A stretch of 64,000 nt of DNA, taken from IMG/VR virus record IMGVR_UViG_3300034073_002120, one strand, 5' to 3'. A model generated the notes under the pieces. It was not told the DNA's origin and made no database searches. It saw nothing but the letters and a program-made list of their open reading frames with translations. Made by a program: the position numbers and the translations under genes. Below, piece after piece: positions 36,282 through 47,312 of the stretch. Position 1 is the first letter of the stretch. Every line of letters starts with the position of its first letter. This DNA is from a virus (Duplodnaviria; Caudoviricetes).

Positions 36282-37445
36282 TTAAGTATCAAAACGGACT
36301 AAAAAATTAACGTTGTAATCTGGTAAGTTCTTTATTGGTTTTGGTAATTTTGCAACAACTAATAAATTATCATCATCATCGTACAATCCAATTGTAGTAA
36401 TATATGGTGTTAGATACGAACCAGTCGGGTCTGCAGAAGCAGATGTAAAATAATCTTCCCAAGTACCTTGAGATGAACCAATACTGCCTGAGAACGTTTG
36501 TGTTTGTTTAATATCTAAAATTTCTTTAATTTTCACCGTCTTAGCAGGTGATACATTTGGAATAGCGGTTGTTTCAAAATCATATGAACCACTTAAAGTA
36601 ACATTTACTGCAGATGGATTTTGGGAATAATTAAATTCCCCTGCATCAGATGATACTAAAATTTCAGTTTCATAAATTGTATGAGTAGAACGGAAATTCA
36701 TAGAATACGAAGATGGTTCGGTGATTTGAGTTGTTAATACAACCAATCCATCATCATAGAATATATTACCATGTATTTGACGAGATAAATCAGTTCCTTC
36801 AAATTGAAAATCTTCTAAAAACTCTACTGTTCCGTTTAAAAAATCTATATCTACTAATGTTATTGTATCCGGTGTGCCTGAATATATAAAATAACTTACA
36901 CCAGATTCCATATCTATACCAACTCCCATCGTTGATTCCAATACCTCAATCGAAAAAGTATCAACACCATTAGATATAAGTAATTCACCAATACTACCAG
37001 ATTGTAAATCTAACGATAATAATGTATAAATTGGTGCAGGAGTAGTTAATTGTCCATATCCATCATCAGTATAAGTGTATCCATTTACGGATAATTCAAC
37101 TGATTCTGGTTTTATTTGTTCTCCGAATTTTGAACGTTGTATTGAAAATACATATATATCAGACCCCGTTGGAAATGGTCTCTCATTCTCATAATTACTT
37201 AAATTTTCAACACTACCAAATGTTGTAAATGCGTTACCATTTGATTCGTAGTATTTTTTCTTTATTGAATTATATAATGATTTTACATAATATCCTTGCG
37301 ATGTTGGAGAACTCCCCTCAAAATGAGAACCAGATACATTATATAATTTAATTATAGGAGCATCTGCTTCAGTTTCATCTGACCAAAGTTTATAAGCTTT
37401 GAATGAACGTTGGGATATATTTGATTTTGGTATTGATTTAAACAT
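36282..37445 (-). CDS. probable virion structural protein (paralog of 37537..38754)
   Basis: C-terminal GEFNYSQNPS...YITTIGLYDDDDNLLVVAKLPKPI. Confidence 0.6.
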   Translation of the reverse strand: MFKSIPKSNISQRSFKAYKLWSDETEADAPIIKLYNVSGSHFEGSSPTSQGYYVKSLYNSIKKKYYESNGNAFTTFGSVENLSNYENERPFPTGSDIYVFSIQRSKFGEQIKPESVELSVNGYTYTDDGYGQLTTPAPIYTLLSLDLQSGSIGELLISNGVDTFSIEVLESTMGVGIDMESGVSYFIYSGTPDTITLVDIDFLNGTVEFLEDFQFEGTDLSRQIHGNIFYDDGLVVLTTQITEPSSYSMNFRSTHTIYETEILVSSDAGEFNYSQNPSAVNVTLSGSYDFETTAIPNVSPAKTVKIKEILDIKQTQTFSGSIGSSQGTWEDYFTSASADPTGSYLTPYITTIGLYDDDDNLLVVAKLPKPIKNLPDYNVNFLVRFDT

Positions 37446-37474
37446 AGTAAAGTCCTTACCTATATAAGTATTTT

Positions 37475-37509
37475 AATAAACAAAAACCCAACTTTTTAAG
37501 GTTGGGTTT
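37475..37509 (-). terminator. intrinsic terminator
   Basis: AAACCCAAC/GTTGGGTTT 9-bp stem followed by a T-rich run on minus. Confidence 0.75.
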
Positions 37510-37536
37510 CGTTTTCTATAAATTATATTAAATTAA

Positions 37537-38754
37537 TTAGAAATCTAATTTAACTGCAATCAATACTTCTTTATCGTATGATTTAGCAATTGGTTGTGAA
37601 GTTTTTGCAACTGCCAACAATTCATTGGCATCGTTGTATAAACCAACTGTTGTAATAAATGTCTTAGGGTCTCTTTCGAATGAAGATTCAGCAAATGAAC
37701 CATCAGAACCCGTTACAAATGTTGGGTTATTTGAGAAGTTAAATTCTCTATTTGTTGCTCTTACAAAGTAATGAGATGTAGAAACGTTTTCAGTTCTTCT
37801 TGCTTCAAAATCACCACCACCTACAATTGCGTTGTATAATAAGTATTGGTTTTTACCTTCGTATGCAACACCTGTATATAAAGATGCACCACTTACTGAA
37901 CCACTATCTTTTGATGTTCCAATTGTATTATGAATTGCAGTTGGATTAAGAATAATCAAACCTTGGTCTGGATAAAATAATCCAAAACCTTGTCCATTAG
38001 ATGAATAGTTACTTGAAACTGTAGCAGCTGCATCTTGTCCTAAGTTTAATGAACCACTTGCAACATAGAATACTCTACCTGCTTTACCGACCGTGTCAGA
38101 GAATTTCTTACCACTATCATCGATGAACGTAGATACACCATTAGAACCACTTAATGATAATTGCCAGTTTCCAGCATCCATAGTTTCTTTGTATCTGGCA
38201 CGTGATACGTTAATAACATAGATGTCTGATGAATCTAAAAGGTTTTCACCCGATGCGGAATCAAAAGTAAAGAATTGGTCATCTTGTTCTAACAATAAAG
38301 AACGATATTGTGCATATGTTGCTTTTGTTGCTAAAGTAGATGTATCTGAATTTCCTAAACTAATTGAACCACTTGCATATTTGTGTCCGTATGCAATTGC
38401 AAATTGAACAGATGATGTTGTTGCAGTATCATATACATTTACATAATAGTTTGAACTATCTGCTGCTGCTTGCGTTGATGATGTGTAGAAAGTTGTTAAA
38501 CTTCCAGTATCACCACTCCAAAGACCAGTTGTTACAACTTCTACCTTACCTGTAATTTGGTCGAATTCACCAAATCTTTTGTAAATACCCGTTGTAATAG
38601 AACCACCTTGTGCTGCTAATTTATCACCACCAGTTAAGTATTGGTTAATAAGGTTTGTCAATTGTTCCGTAGTAACATTACCATTACTAGCTTGTAAATA
38701 CGCTGCTAATTCTGATGTTAAATTTACTCCGGCTTGTCCTGTAATTTGTGCCAT
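37537..38754 (-). CDS. probable virion structural protein
   Basis: Ser/Thr/Gly-rich; C-terminal EFNFSNNPT...FITTVGLYNDANELLAVAKTSQPI; GGAG leader; strong downstream terminator. Confidence 0.6.
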   Translation of the reverse strand: MAQITGQAGVNLTSELAAYLQASNGNVTTEQLTNLINQYLTGGDKLAAQGGSITTGIYKRFGEFDQITGKVEVVTTGLWSGDTGSLTTFYTSSTQAAADSSNYYVNVYDTATTSSVQFAIAYGHKYASGSISLGNSDTSTLATKATYAQYRSLLLEQDDQFFTFDSASGENLLDSSDIYVINVSRARYKETMDAGNWQLSLSGSNGVSTFIDDSGKKFSDTVGKAGRVFYVASGSLNLGQDAAATVSSNYSSNGQGFGLFYPDQGLIILNPTAIHNTIGTSKDSGSVSGASLYTGVAYEGKNQYLLYNAIVGGGDFEARRTENVSTSHYFVRATNREFNFSNNPTFVTGSDGSFAESSFERDPKTFITTVGLYNDANELLAVAKTSQPIAKSYDKEVLIAVKLDF

Positions 38755-38771
38755 ATTTTAATTTCTCCGTT

Positions 38772-39395
38772 TTATGCTACATATGTTACGGTCACTGGGA
38801 TAGTTTGAGAACCACCTGTTTCGTTTCCATAAACTGTTATAGTTGTCTTAATAGTTTGTGTGATATTTGGGTTAGGAATGAATGAGAATGTTAATCCTCT
38901 TTCTACTGCTGCAGTTGTTGTGATTTCATCACCTAAGAATACCGGAATAGTACCAGTACCTGCTGCTAAACCACTACCAACAATTGAACCAGCATTTTTA
39001 TTAGCTAACACAATTGTGTAACCACTTTGTGTATTACCACTTGGTGAAGTAGTTGGAGTTAAAGAAACTTGACCACTTCTTTGGTTTACTGAAATAGATG
39101 GAACACCAAATTCAACTTTTGGTATTTTTGTAGTTCCTTTTGGTAAAGTAACTAATTTGTATTTTAATACTTGTGTTTCATCTGGAGATGCTTCCGTTAC
39201 GGGAATTGCTCTAATTGCTGCATCATAATATGCAGAACCTTTTGGATGAGCTGGTTCGTAAAGTGTATAATCGATTTCATCATCACCCAAAGCGAACTTT
39301 GTGATGTTTAATCCTTCACCTGATGCTAATTTCTCTCTACCTTTTTTTGTAAGAATCGCATCGACCGTAATTTCGGTATTATCTAAATATGCCAT
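38772..39395 (-). CDS. probable virion structural protein
   Basis: MAYLDNTEITVDAILTKKGREKLA...TKFALGDDEIDY, a pattern I associate with tail/baseplate genes of large phages; TATTTATA at 39420-39427. Confidence 0.55.
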   Translation of the reverse strand: MAYLDNTEITVDAILTKKGREKLASGEGLNITKFALGDDEIDYTLYEPAHPKGSAYYDAAIRAIPVTEASPDETQVLKYKLVTLPKGTTKIPKVEFGVPSISVNQRSGQVSLTPTTSPSGNTQSGYTIVLANKNAGSIVGSGLAAGTGTIPVFLGDEITTTAAVERGLTFSFIPNPNITQTIKTTITVYGNETGGSQTIPVTVTYVA

Positions 39396-39447
39396 AATTT
39401 AATTTCCTTTTATTTCCTATATAAATATAAGTATTCTATAATTTTAA

Positions 39448-42400
39448 TTAATCAACCTCTAAAATTGGTTCGCCACTTCCTCTACCAGTATCAGAAACTC
39501 TTAATACATTTGGATTAGTTGTGAATATTTGAACCGGTGAACCACCTAAAATATTGGTAGTTGCAGTTTGTTTTGAACCATTAAAGTAACTATTTTGTAA
39601 ACCAGTTGTTAAATCACCAGTGTTTCTATAATGTGTTGGAAAGTATCCATTTAATGGTGAAACTTCTACAATATTACCACCAACAATTGGTGCAGATGAT
39701 TCATTACCATCAGAACCAGTAAATGGTAAAATCGTAACCTTATGTCTATATTTTGTAACCGATTGTAATTCAGTTCCCAAACTCTTATCTTGGTCATTTA
39801 TATTAATCGGTGTTTTTTCAGTATAACTTTCTTTTATTAAATATACTTTACTTCTTTCTTTAATACGATTTCCAAATGAATCTATATAATTTCTTATTGT
39901 ATTTCCGTTTTCGCCATATAATCCAAATCCAGCAACACCCATAGAGTTTCTATCTAATCCTACTTGTGTAAATTCTACATTATCATATGCACCTTTTACT
40001 GAACCTGTTATTTGAGCATCGATTGTTGATGTAATCGTATCATATGTTGATTCAATTAGGGTTTCGGTTGTAGTATCTATCTCACCTTCATATGTTATAT
40101 ATTCCGCAGAAGCAGTAGAAACCAATTCCGTATTTATTTCTGCAATATAGTTTGAATTTACAGCACTCAATACAACGGATTCAGTAGTAGAAAGCGTTGT
40201 TGCAAAATTATTATAAGTTGCAGTAGTTAAAGTAGTTTCGTTTGTATCAATCGTAGTTTCATATTGATTTAATGAACCAGTTGGTTTGTTCCACTTAACT
40301 TTACTTCTTTCTAAAATATGTGGTTCAATCAAAAGACCCGATGAAACTTTTGCTCTAGCAGGAACTAATGATTCTAACGTATCAAATAATGATTTATCAA
40401 TATAACGAACTAATTGAATATACTCATGAGTATTCAAATTGTAACGTTGGAAATAATAATTTCTCAATTGTGTTAAATCTGAATATGAATCATTATATTC
40501 ATCTGCAGGATTTCCAATATAATCATCTATGTTAAATTCACCCAACGAACGAAGAATATCCATATTGATTTCTTTCATTGGCGAGAAGAATAATCCTAAT
40601 TTATCCGAATCTATTGCACTTTGGTCATATGATTTTTTCGTTGCACGAGATTTATAATTCAAATCACCTGTCAAAGTTTGTGATTCAAAACGGAATTTAT
40701 TACCATACGTTAAACCAGATGATGGAACGTTTGCAGTTACACTTCTTTCATATGGAATATAATTATAAGGATATGTCGTATCACTAAAACCAACCGCATG
40801 TGCAGATGATGTATAATCCGTAATAATTGCAACGTTATTTATACTACCGGTTTGACTTAAATCTTTTGGATATTCAAAATCTAAACGGAATAATAAATCA
40901 ACCGAAGATGCAGAAATATGTGAACCATCAATCGCATCAGGTAATAAAGTATGATTATTAATACGTGATTCTGAAAGTGGTGCTCTCCATAAACGGAACT
41001 CATCAATAGAACCGGTTAAAGTTTGACCAATATATAATGTAGAACCACTTCCCCAACTTGTACTTCCGGTAATGTATGAAATAGATGAACTTGCTTGATT
41101 TCTAATTCTACCATCAAATCCTTCCTTAAAATAAACCTCAAATGTTTCGGATGTTGAACCGGTTCTTCTATTTACAACTACGTTAGCATAATCATCTTTG
41201 TAGAATGGTATATAATCAGTAGAAGATGCTGTAATATATCCACCATTTTGAATTTTGAATTCTACTTTAGCTAATGAACCAGTTCCAGGAACTAAATTTA
41301 ATTCCCAACCACTACCACTAATTAATGATTGTGTTGCTTCATTATTTACTGCTGTTAAACGGAATTCAACTGCGTTTGGATAATATCCATTATATGTTTG
41401 GAATGGAACTTTTAAGTATGATGATGAATCAAACGCCAATGCACAAGTTCTATCATCAAACGTAAATTGAGTAGTTGCAGAACTAGCAGGGTCTTGCGGT
41501 CCGCCATACTCCATAATTGTTAATAATGAAACAGGAATACCATAACAAGCCATTGCTGCATGTAATGCTCTTTTCGTTCCTTTGTGTTTTAACAAATATG
41601 GTAAGTTGTTTAGAATTCTTCTCCATATTTGATGTTGTCTTGCTTTTCCACTCATCGATGTATGAGTAGTACCATCAGTATCTTTACCAAATGCATACTC
41701 CCATAGGAATTGTGATTGAACTCCCATATCAGCATCCCAACCAAGAGATTCTAACATATGATATATCAATTCATTTCCAATACCATCTTCGTATTTATGT
41801 TCTAATTTTTTAGATTGAGAAATGTTTTTAATATGTGCCCACAAAATATCAAAGTGTTGACCCATCATCGTTAAGAAAAGGGTAAACTCTTCATTGTCTG
41901 CATCATTTGTGATATGTGCAGGAATATTATTTGTTAATAAGTTTTTATTATTCGAATCATAGGTTTCCGTTTCATCAAGTATTCCATTATACCAACTAAT
42001 TGCTTGAGAACTTGTTGGATTATATAAACTACCAGTGTAATTTACTTTTGGATAGGTGTTTCCATTTTCAGATGAACTAACATATAACCATTTTTCAAAT
42101 CCATCAAATCCATTTTTTAATTGTTGAATTTGACCTTCATATGATTTGATTTCGTTTGAAGAGGCAATACTACCAGAAATAAATGAAGTAGATGAACTTA
42201 CAAAGTTAATTTTGGTATTGTAACTTTCTATTAACTGAATTTTGTAATAAAAGTTTCTAACGCGTTCTTCCGCAGATGAATATTTTACAAAATTTTCCCA
42301 ATAAATTTCAGAACCGCTTTCGTATTGAATATTTAAATTTTCTAATGAATAACCACTAGAACTTACAAATGTATTCACTAAATCAGTTGATGTGGCAGAA

Positions 42401-44412
42401 CCACTTGCAATCAAATCATCTAATAATTGATAGCCAATATCATCGGTTACACTAACATTAAAATTAGGACGTAATTGAGTACATTCACTCTTTAATTCAT
42501 CAATAATAGTAACTTGTTCTATTATAGGAATCGATTGAATTTTAGAAATCCATAATTGTTGGTTTGGTTCTATTTCACGTGGAAGTGGTTCGTATAATTT
42601 AAGAACTAATGCTCTTTCTTCTCTACTTTTACTTCTATTACCAGTAGTTGGGTCTTCGGTATATGTTGAAAACGTTTCTCTATCGATTCCCCACGTTGCT
42701 ATAAGTTTATTATCACCATCACCCATATGAATGTAGTGAGTTAAGAATTTAGAAACCTCTTCTCTTAAAATAGTTTCATCCCAACTTTGTTCGAATGCTT
42801 TACGAATATCAGCAACAACATTTCCACGCTGTAATTTAAGGTCACCCTTATCAAACAACATAGATATACGTTCTATCTTACCTTCCGTTAGTTCATCACC
42901 TTCTGCGTTAAATGGAATTAATAAGAATTCAAACTGAATCTTATCAGTATCTTCGTTAAATTGAAGTTTTGCTTTACGCAATACATCACTAACTTTGAAT
43001 GTTGCTAAACCAGCTGGTGAAAATCTACCTAATGCATATTCTTTATCGTATTTTGAAACATAAATTTCAACATAGTTGGTATTAATTGATTGCCAACTAA
43101 TATCGAAATCAACTTCAAATTCTTTGAAATCTGCACCTTTAATATTTTGTGGGTAATAGATATTTGTAATATCTGGTCCTGGTAAATAATATTTGTTTAC
43201 AACGTTAATTGTAACTTTTATCGTTTCACCACTTCCTGCTCTATTACTACGAGGTTGTAAGTATAAAACATAATTACCAACTCCGTTATAAAAATCATTT
43301 TTATTTAATACAATAGAACCACTATTTGAAATAATACGTTGGGTAGAACCTAACGAAAATACAACTTCATCCGCGTTAAATGAATTGTATGGAATTTTCA
43401 AATCATCATTACCCGAAATATTAAATTCGAAAGTATTACCTTCGGTTCTTAATGTAGGTGATGATGGTAGTGGTACTGCTTGATTATTATTTTTACTTAC
43501 AATAATATCTACAATAACATTATCATTAACCAAATCAATCGTTTGATTTAACGTATTATTTGTAGTAATATTACCATTTTTATTTATTCTATATGTAACG
43601 GAATGTGTTTGAGAATCTAATCCCTTAGATGTAAACTGAATATTATTTGCACCATTTGAATTTGGTGAAAAATCTAATTCAGTAGTTCCACGAGTTACTA
43701 ACCCAACCCTACCATCGGTAGTTCTATATTCAACTAAATCGTTTTGATATACATCACCATTTATTGTAATTTTACCTTTAGCAGTAGGTATTGGTTCTAC
43801 ATAAACCGGTGTTGATTTTATATCAAACGTAAGGTTTGTATTTAATGTAGCCTGTTTATCACCAACTTTAGATTCTAATTTATTTTGTTGAATATATTGG
43901 CCATCTATTAATTTTTCTACAATTAATTCATAATATGGAAAATATACTACACTTGTATAAACTTTTGGACGTTCTACCTTTTCTCTAATTATAGCACCAG
44001 GATTGTTAGGGTCTTGTCTATATGTATAATCAATCCTATCATCAAATGGTACAGGCTCTTCAATATCTTTTCTTAATTCTTTATATATTGTATATAATTT
44101 ATATACATCACCAGATTGTGTACCAGATTTTTTTACTGAAATAGTTTTTGGTGTAAGTAATTCTTTTTCGGTAAATGTAATAGTAGATGGTGCTAGTTGA
44201 TTTGTTTCATTACCATCTATAACAATCATTCCATCTTTTGGAGTTGATGAAATTGCAACATTTACAAATAAACTTTGACTTTCAGATATAGGAGTTGTAG
44301 GGGGAACGTATACAGTTCCACCACCCCCACCGCCACCAACATCATTAACGAAGTTGTCCAGGCCGTTCATATTTACATTACCATCTAATCTATTTATTTC
44401 TTCTATTGCCAT
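39448..44412 (-). CDS. large (1654 aa) probable baseplate/virion protein
   Basis: Long ORF in the structural block; LLKHKGTKRAL and IDEFRLW (LamG-like) segments; TATTTATA at 44431-44438. Confidence 0.6.
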   Translation of the reverse strand: MAIEEINRLDGNVNMNGLDNFVNDVGGGGGGGTVYVPPTTPISESQSLFVNVAISSTPKDGMIVIDGNETNQLAPSTITFTEKELLTPKTISVKKSGTQSGDVYKLYTIYKELRKDIEEPVPFDDRIDYTYRQDPNNPGAIIREKVERPKVYTSVVYFPYYELIVEKLIDGQYIQQNKLESKVGDKQATLNTNLTFDIKSTPVYVEPIPTAKGKITINGDVYQNDLVEYRTTDGRVGLVTRGTTELDFSPNSNGANNIQFTSKGLDSQTHSVTYRINKNGNITTNNTLNQTIDLVNDNVIVDIIVSKNNNQAVPLPSSPTLRTEGNTFEFNISGNDDLKIPYNSFNADEVVFSLGSTQRIISNSGSIVLNKNDFYNGVGNYVLYLQPRSNRAGSGETIKVTINVVNKYYLPGPDITNIYYPQNIKGADFKEFEVDFDISWQSINTNYVEIYVSKYDKEYALGRFSPAGLATFKVSDVLRKAKLQFNEDTDKIQFEFLLIPFNAEGDELTEGKIERISMLFDKGDLKLQRGNVVADIRKAFEQSWDETILREEVSKFLTHYIHMGDGDNKLIATWGIDRETFSTYTEDPTTGNRSKSREERALVLKLYEPLPREIEPNQQLWISKIQSIPIIEQVTIIDELKSECTQLRPNFNVSVTDDIGYQLLDDLIASGSATSTDLVNTFVSSSGYSLENLNIQYESGSEIYWENFVKYSSAEERVRNFYYKIQLIESYNTKINFVSSSTSFISGSIASSNEIKSYEGQIQQLKNGFDGFEKWLYVSSSENGNTYPKVNYTGSLYNPTSSQAISWYNGILDETETYDSNNKNLLTNNIPAHITNDADNEEFTLFLTMMGQHFDILWAHIKNISQSKKLEHKYEDGIGNELIYHMLESLGWDADMGVQSQFLWEYAFGKDTDGTTHTSMSGKARQHQIWRRILNNLPYLLKHKGTKRALHAAMACYGIPVSLLTIMEYGGPQDPASSATTQFTFDDRTCALAFDSSSYLKVPFQTYNGYYPNAVEFRLTAVNNEATQSLISGSGWELNLVPGTGSLAKVEFKIQNGGYITASSTDYIPFYKDDYANVVVNRRTGSTSETFEVYFKEGFDGRIRNQASSSISYITGSTSWGSGSTLYIGQTLTGSIDEFRLWRAPLSESRINNHTLLPDAIDGSHISASSVDLLFRLDFEYPKDLSQTGSINNVAIITDYTSSAHAVGFSDTTYPYNYIPYERSVTANVPSSGLTYGNKFRFESQTLTGDLNYKSRATKKSYDQSAIDSDKLGLFFSPMKEINMDILRSLGEFNIDDYIGNPADEYNDSYSDLTQLRNYYFQRYNLNTHEYIQLVRYIDKSLFDTLESLVPARAKVSSGLLIEPHILERSKVKWNKPTGSLNQYETTIDTNETTLTTATYNNFATTLSTTESVVLSAVNSNYIAEINTELVSTASAEYITYEGEIDTTTETLIESTYDTITSTIDAQITGSVKGAYDNVEFTQVGLDRNSMGVAGFGLYGENGNTIRNYIDSFGNRIKERSKVYLIKESYTEKTPININDQDKSLGTELQSVTKYRHKVTILPFTGSDGNESSAPIVGGNIVEVSPLNGYFPTHYRNTGDLTTGLQNSYFNGSKQTATTNILGGSPVQIFTTNPNVLRVSDTGRGSGEPILEVD

Positions 44413-44463
44413 TTAATTATAATCCTCGTCTATAAATATAGCTTATTTAATATTGTTACTTTA

Positions 44464-46227
44464 CTACCTTATATTTTGGTATTGATTATCGTTAGTATCC
44501 ATATAGTTTCCACCATATCCATAGTCTCTAAAATTATTTGCAGTTTCTCCACCTGAACTTCCACCACTACTTCCTCCATATGATACGGTCGGTTGATAAT
44601 TTGTAGGAGCTCCACAATCACCAACTTTAGTAACTGTCCAATTTGGTCCACCGACCGTTATAGTTCCTTCGGCAGCACATAATGTAACGGAACGACCTGG
44701 TTCTAATGATGGACCAGTTTGTGGTTGACCTGCTGAATTTTTATATTGGAATGAATTTGTAAATCCACTTCCGTATGATGCACCATTATAGTTTTGATTT
44801 TGATTTGCTTCATGCGAACCATTATAAATTGTATATGAGAATAATTTTAATTCCACTTTTTGTTTTGGTACTTCTCTTACATCTCCACTAAATTCAGGTG
44901 TACCTTGATATGTGATAGTTAATGCATCATATTCTCTACCAAATACATTTGTAGGTTTTTTACCATCTTTATCAGTAAATGTTATACCACCATTATCTGA
45001 CCAAACATAGAATGTTTTAGTTGTTGTTTGTGGTTTATCCGCATATCTACAAGAACCATCATCCTCTGTTGCGTTTGGATTGTAGTTTAGTGAATTCGGG
45101 TCCATACATCCTCTAACCTTTTGAATTGGGTTTGCATCTTGTATAGGTCTATAAACACAACTACCATCATTCTCTACTGCAAGAGGGTTATAATTTAATG
45201 CATTAGGGTCAGTACAACCTCTAACTACACCTTGTCTATTTCCAATTTCAGTTGAAACGTTTTGATTGTTACTAAGAATTGATTTTAATATTTGTTTAGT
45301 TTCATCTAATGTAATTTGTTCGTCTTTAGAAAGTATATTATCTTCTTGAATATTTCTTTTTGGTAAATAATATTCGATAATTTCTATCAAAGATTGTAAT
45401 ATCGTTTGTTTAATTCTTTCGATTGATAATTCAACTGGCATTGGTGATGATAATGGTTTACCATAAGTTACTGATTTTATTGACCAATCCCTATTTTGAA
45501 TATAATATTTTGTACTTTCAACTAATTTAGTTTTTATTACATTTATAAATTCTTCCCAATTTATAATATTAAATTCTTTTTGTATAAGTTTTACATAAGT
45601 TTCACCTTGCTGGATTGTTCCCTTTTGTGAAACAAACTTTTGTAAGATATTTTCTACTTTAAGACTTTCAATAAAAGGTTCTATGAAATAAACAGTATCA
45701 TCTCTAAACTCACCTTCTTTTAAAAAAATATTTACACGAGTATCTAAATCATCAATTACTTTACCATCTTTATCTTTTAAAGGTAAGACACGAATTTCAG
45801 TACGAGATGGTGAAATTTCATGTATCCATAACTTATCTTTATCTACACTCGCAGAACCTGCTCTTCTATTCAAAAGTGTAGTTTGAGTTTTGAATATACC
45901 ATTTGCATATCCTGCATCTCTAACTAACTTTTCAGTATCTATTATATATTCTTTAGCACCATTTGTTTTTTTGTTAGATTTATTTTCACTAAAAATAAAA
46001 TATTTTGAAATATTTACATCGTCCAAAAATATGTATCTAACTTTATCTCCACTTTCACCTTGTGGCAATACATTATCACTTGCATCATATAATACAAATT
46101 CAATAGTATCTGCAGTTCCAAGTCCAAAGTAGGATTTTGCAACTTCTTGTTCAAAAATTGCTCTATCTTTACTATCAACTTTGTAGCCCTTTTTATCAAC
46201 TACTTCTTTAAATTGAGTTATTGCCAT
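44464..46227 (-). CDS. probable virion protein with two GCxDPxxxNYNPxAxxxDGSCxY repeats
   Basis: EISPSRTEIR motif; repeats GCTDPNALNYNPLAVENDGSCVY and GCMDPNSLNYNPNATEDDGSCRY. Confidence 0.6.
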   Translation of the reverse strand: MAITQFKEVVDKKGYKVDSKDRAIFEQEVAKSYFGLGTADTIEFVLYDASDNVLPQGESGDKVRYIFLDDVNISKYFIFSENKSNKKTNGAKEYIIDTEKLVRDAGYANGIFKTQTTLLNRRAGSASVDKDKLWIHEISPSRTEIRVLPLKDKDGKVIDDLDTRVNIFLKEGEFRDDTVYFIEPFIESLKVENILQKFVSQKGTIQQGETYVKLIQKEFNIINWEEFINVIKTKLVESTKYYIQNRDWSIKSVTYGKPLSSPMPVELSIERIKQTILQSLIEIIEYYLPKRNIQEDNILSKDEQITLDETKQILKSILSNNQNVSTEIGNRQGVVRGCTDPNALNYNPLAVENDGSCVYRPIQDANPIQKVRGCMDPNSLNYNPNATEDDGSCRYADKPQTTTKTFYVWSDNGGITFTDKDGKKPTNVFGREYDALTITYQGTPEFSGDVREVPKQKVELKLFSYTIYNGSHEANQNQNYNGASYGSGFTNSFQYKNSAGQPQTGPSLEPGRSVTLCAAEGTITVGGPNWTVTKVGDCGAPTNYQPTVSYGGSSGGSSGGETANNFRDYGYGGNYMDTNDNQYQNIR

Positions 46228-47309
46228 GCTACGTTTCTTTTACTCATCGTTTTATTATATACATAATAACAATATTGTTTACCAATATTGTGAATTATTT
46301 TACCCATCCAATTATCTTTTGGTAATTCACCCATCTCATAAGCCATATGTTCTGTCCACGGTCTAACTACTTTGTAAATCCATTTTGTATGTTGTGGTTT
46401 TTGTTTCATAAACTTCACCACATTTTTAGCCCACATCATATATCCTAATACTAATTGAGGGTCTTTCTCCCACATCATATTACCATATCTCTCATCTGCA
46501 TCCCATATGTGTTCTGGTAAATATCCTTGAATATATAATTCATTACAAATGATTTTCTTCTTTTTCGTATTAGCCAATTCTGCTTGAGTTTTTGCTGCCT
46601 GTGCTGCTGAAGCTGCTGCCTGTGCTTGTGAAGCCTCAATTTGTGCAGATGCTAATAATTGTTGAGCATTTGTTACTTGGTTTTGTAAATCAATTGTTCT
46701 TGTCAGTGCCGATTGTAATTGAGTTTCTAATTGTTTTTGTAATTCAGTAAACGTTTGTTTCTCAGCCTGTAAACCTCTAAGTTGTGCTTCTAGTGAAACT
46801 CTTTCAATACCTTCTCTAATACCTTTACTCAATGCATTCTGAAAATCTTGTACTAAGGTTACATATTTTTCATTAGTAATATCTAATTCATTTTCAGCAG
46901 ATGCACGTAATAAACGTTCAACATCAATTTGAGTTATTAGATTATTATTTTCAGTAGTTAAACGTTGTATCTCTGCAGTTGCATCACTTAACTCTTTATC
47001 TAAATTTCTAACTTGGCCTAAACTACCACTATATAATCCTTCTAATCTATCGTATGTTTTTTGAGGAACTACTTTTGGTTGTTCTTTTGGTGTTTGTGGT
47101 ATAAGTTCATCAACTACAACATCAACTGCTTTTTTCAGTTCTTCTTCGTTGTATTTTGGTTTTTCTACATAACCACTGGTTTCACCATCAAAATCTTCAT
47201 TTATTGGTTTGGCATAAAAAGTATGATTACCTGAACTATTTTGTGAGGTAATAACTGCAGAACCACTTGATATTAATTCTGATACTCTAAATTCGTTTTG
47301 TAATGACAT
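46218..47309 (-). CDS. coiled-coil protein with C-terminal IICNELY domain
   Basis: Long Q/A/E/L-rich coiled coil, then KKKIICNELYIQGYLPEHIWDADERYG...GYMMWA. Confidence 0.6.
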   Translation of the reverse strand: MSLQNEFRVSELISSGSAVITSQNSSGNHTFYAKPINEDFDGETSGYVEKPKYNEEELKKAVDVVVDELIPQTPKEQPKVVPQKTYDRLEGLYSGSLGQVRNLDKELSDATAEIQRLTTENNNLITQIDVERLLRASAENELDITNEKYVTLVQDFQNALSKGIREGIERVSLEAQLRGLQAEKQTFTELQKQLETQLQSALTRTIDLQNQVTNAQQLLASAQIEASQAQAAASAAQAAKTQAELANTKKKKIICNELYIQGYLPEHIWDADERYGNMMWEKDPQLVLGYMMWAKNVVKFMKQKPQHTKWIYKVVRPWTEHMAYEMGELPKDNWMGKIIHNIGKQYCYYVYNKTMSKRNVAWQ

Positions 47310-47312
47310 ATA

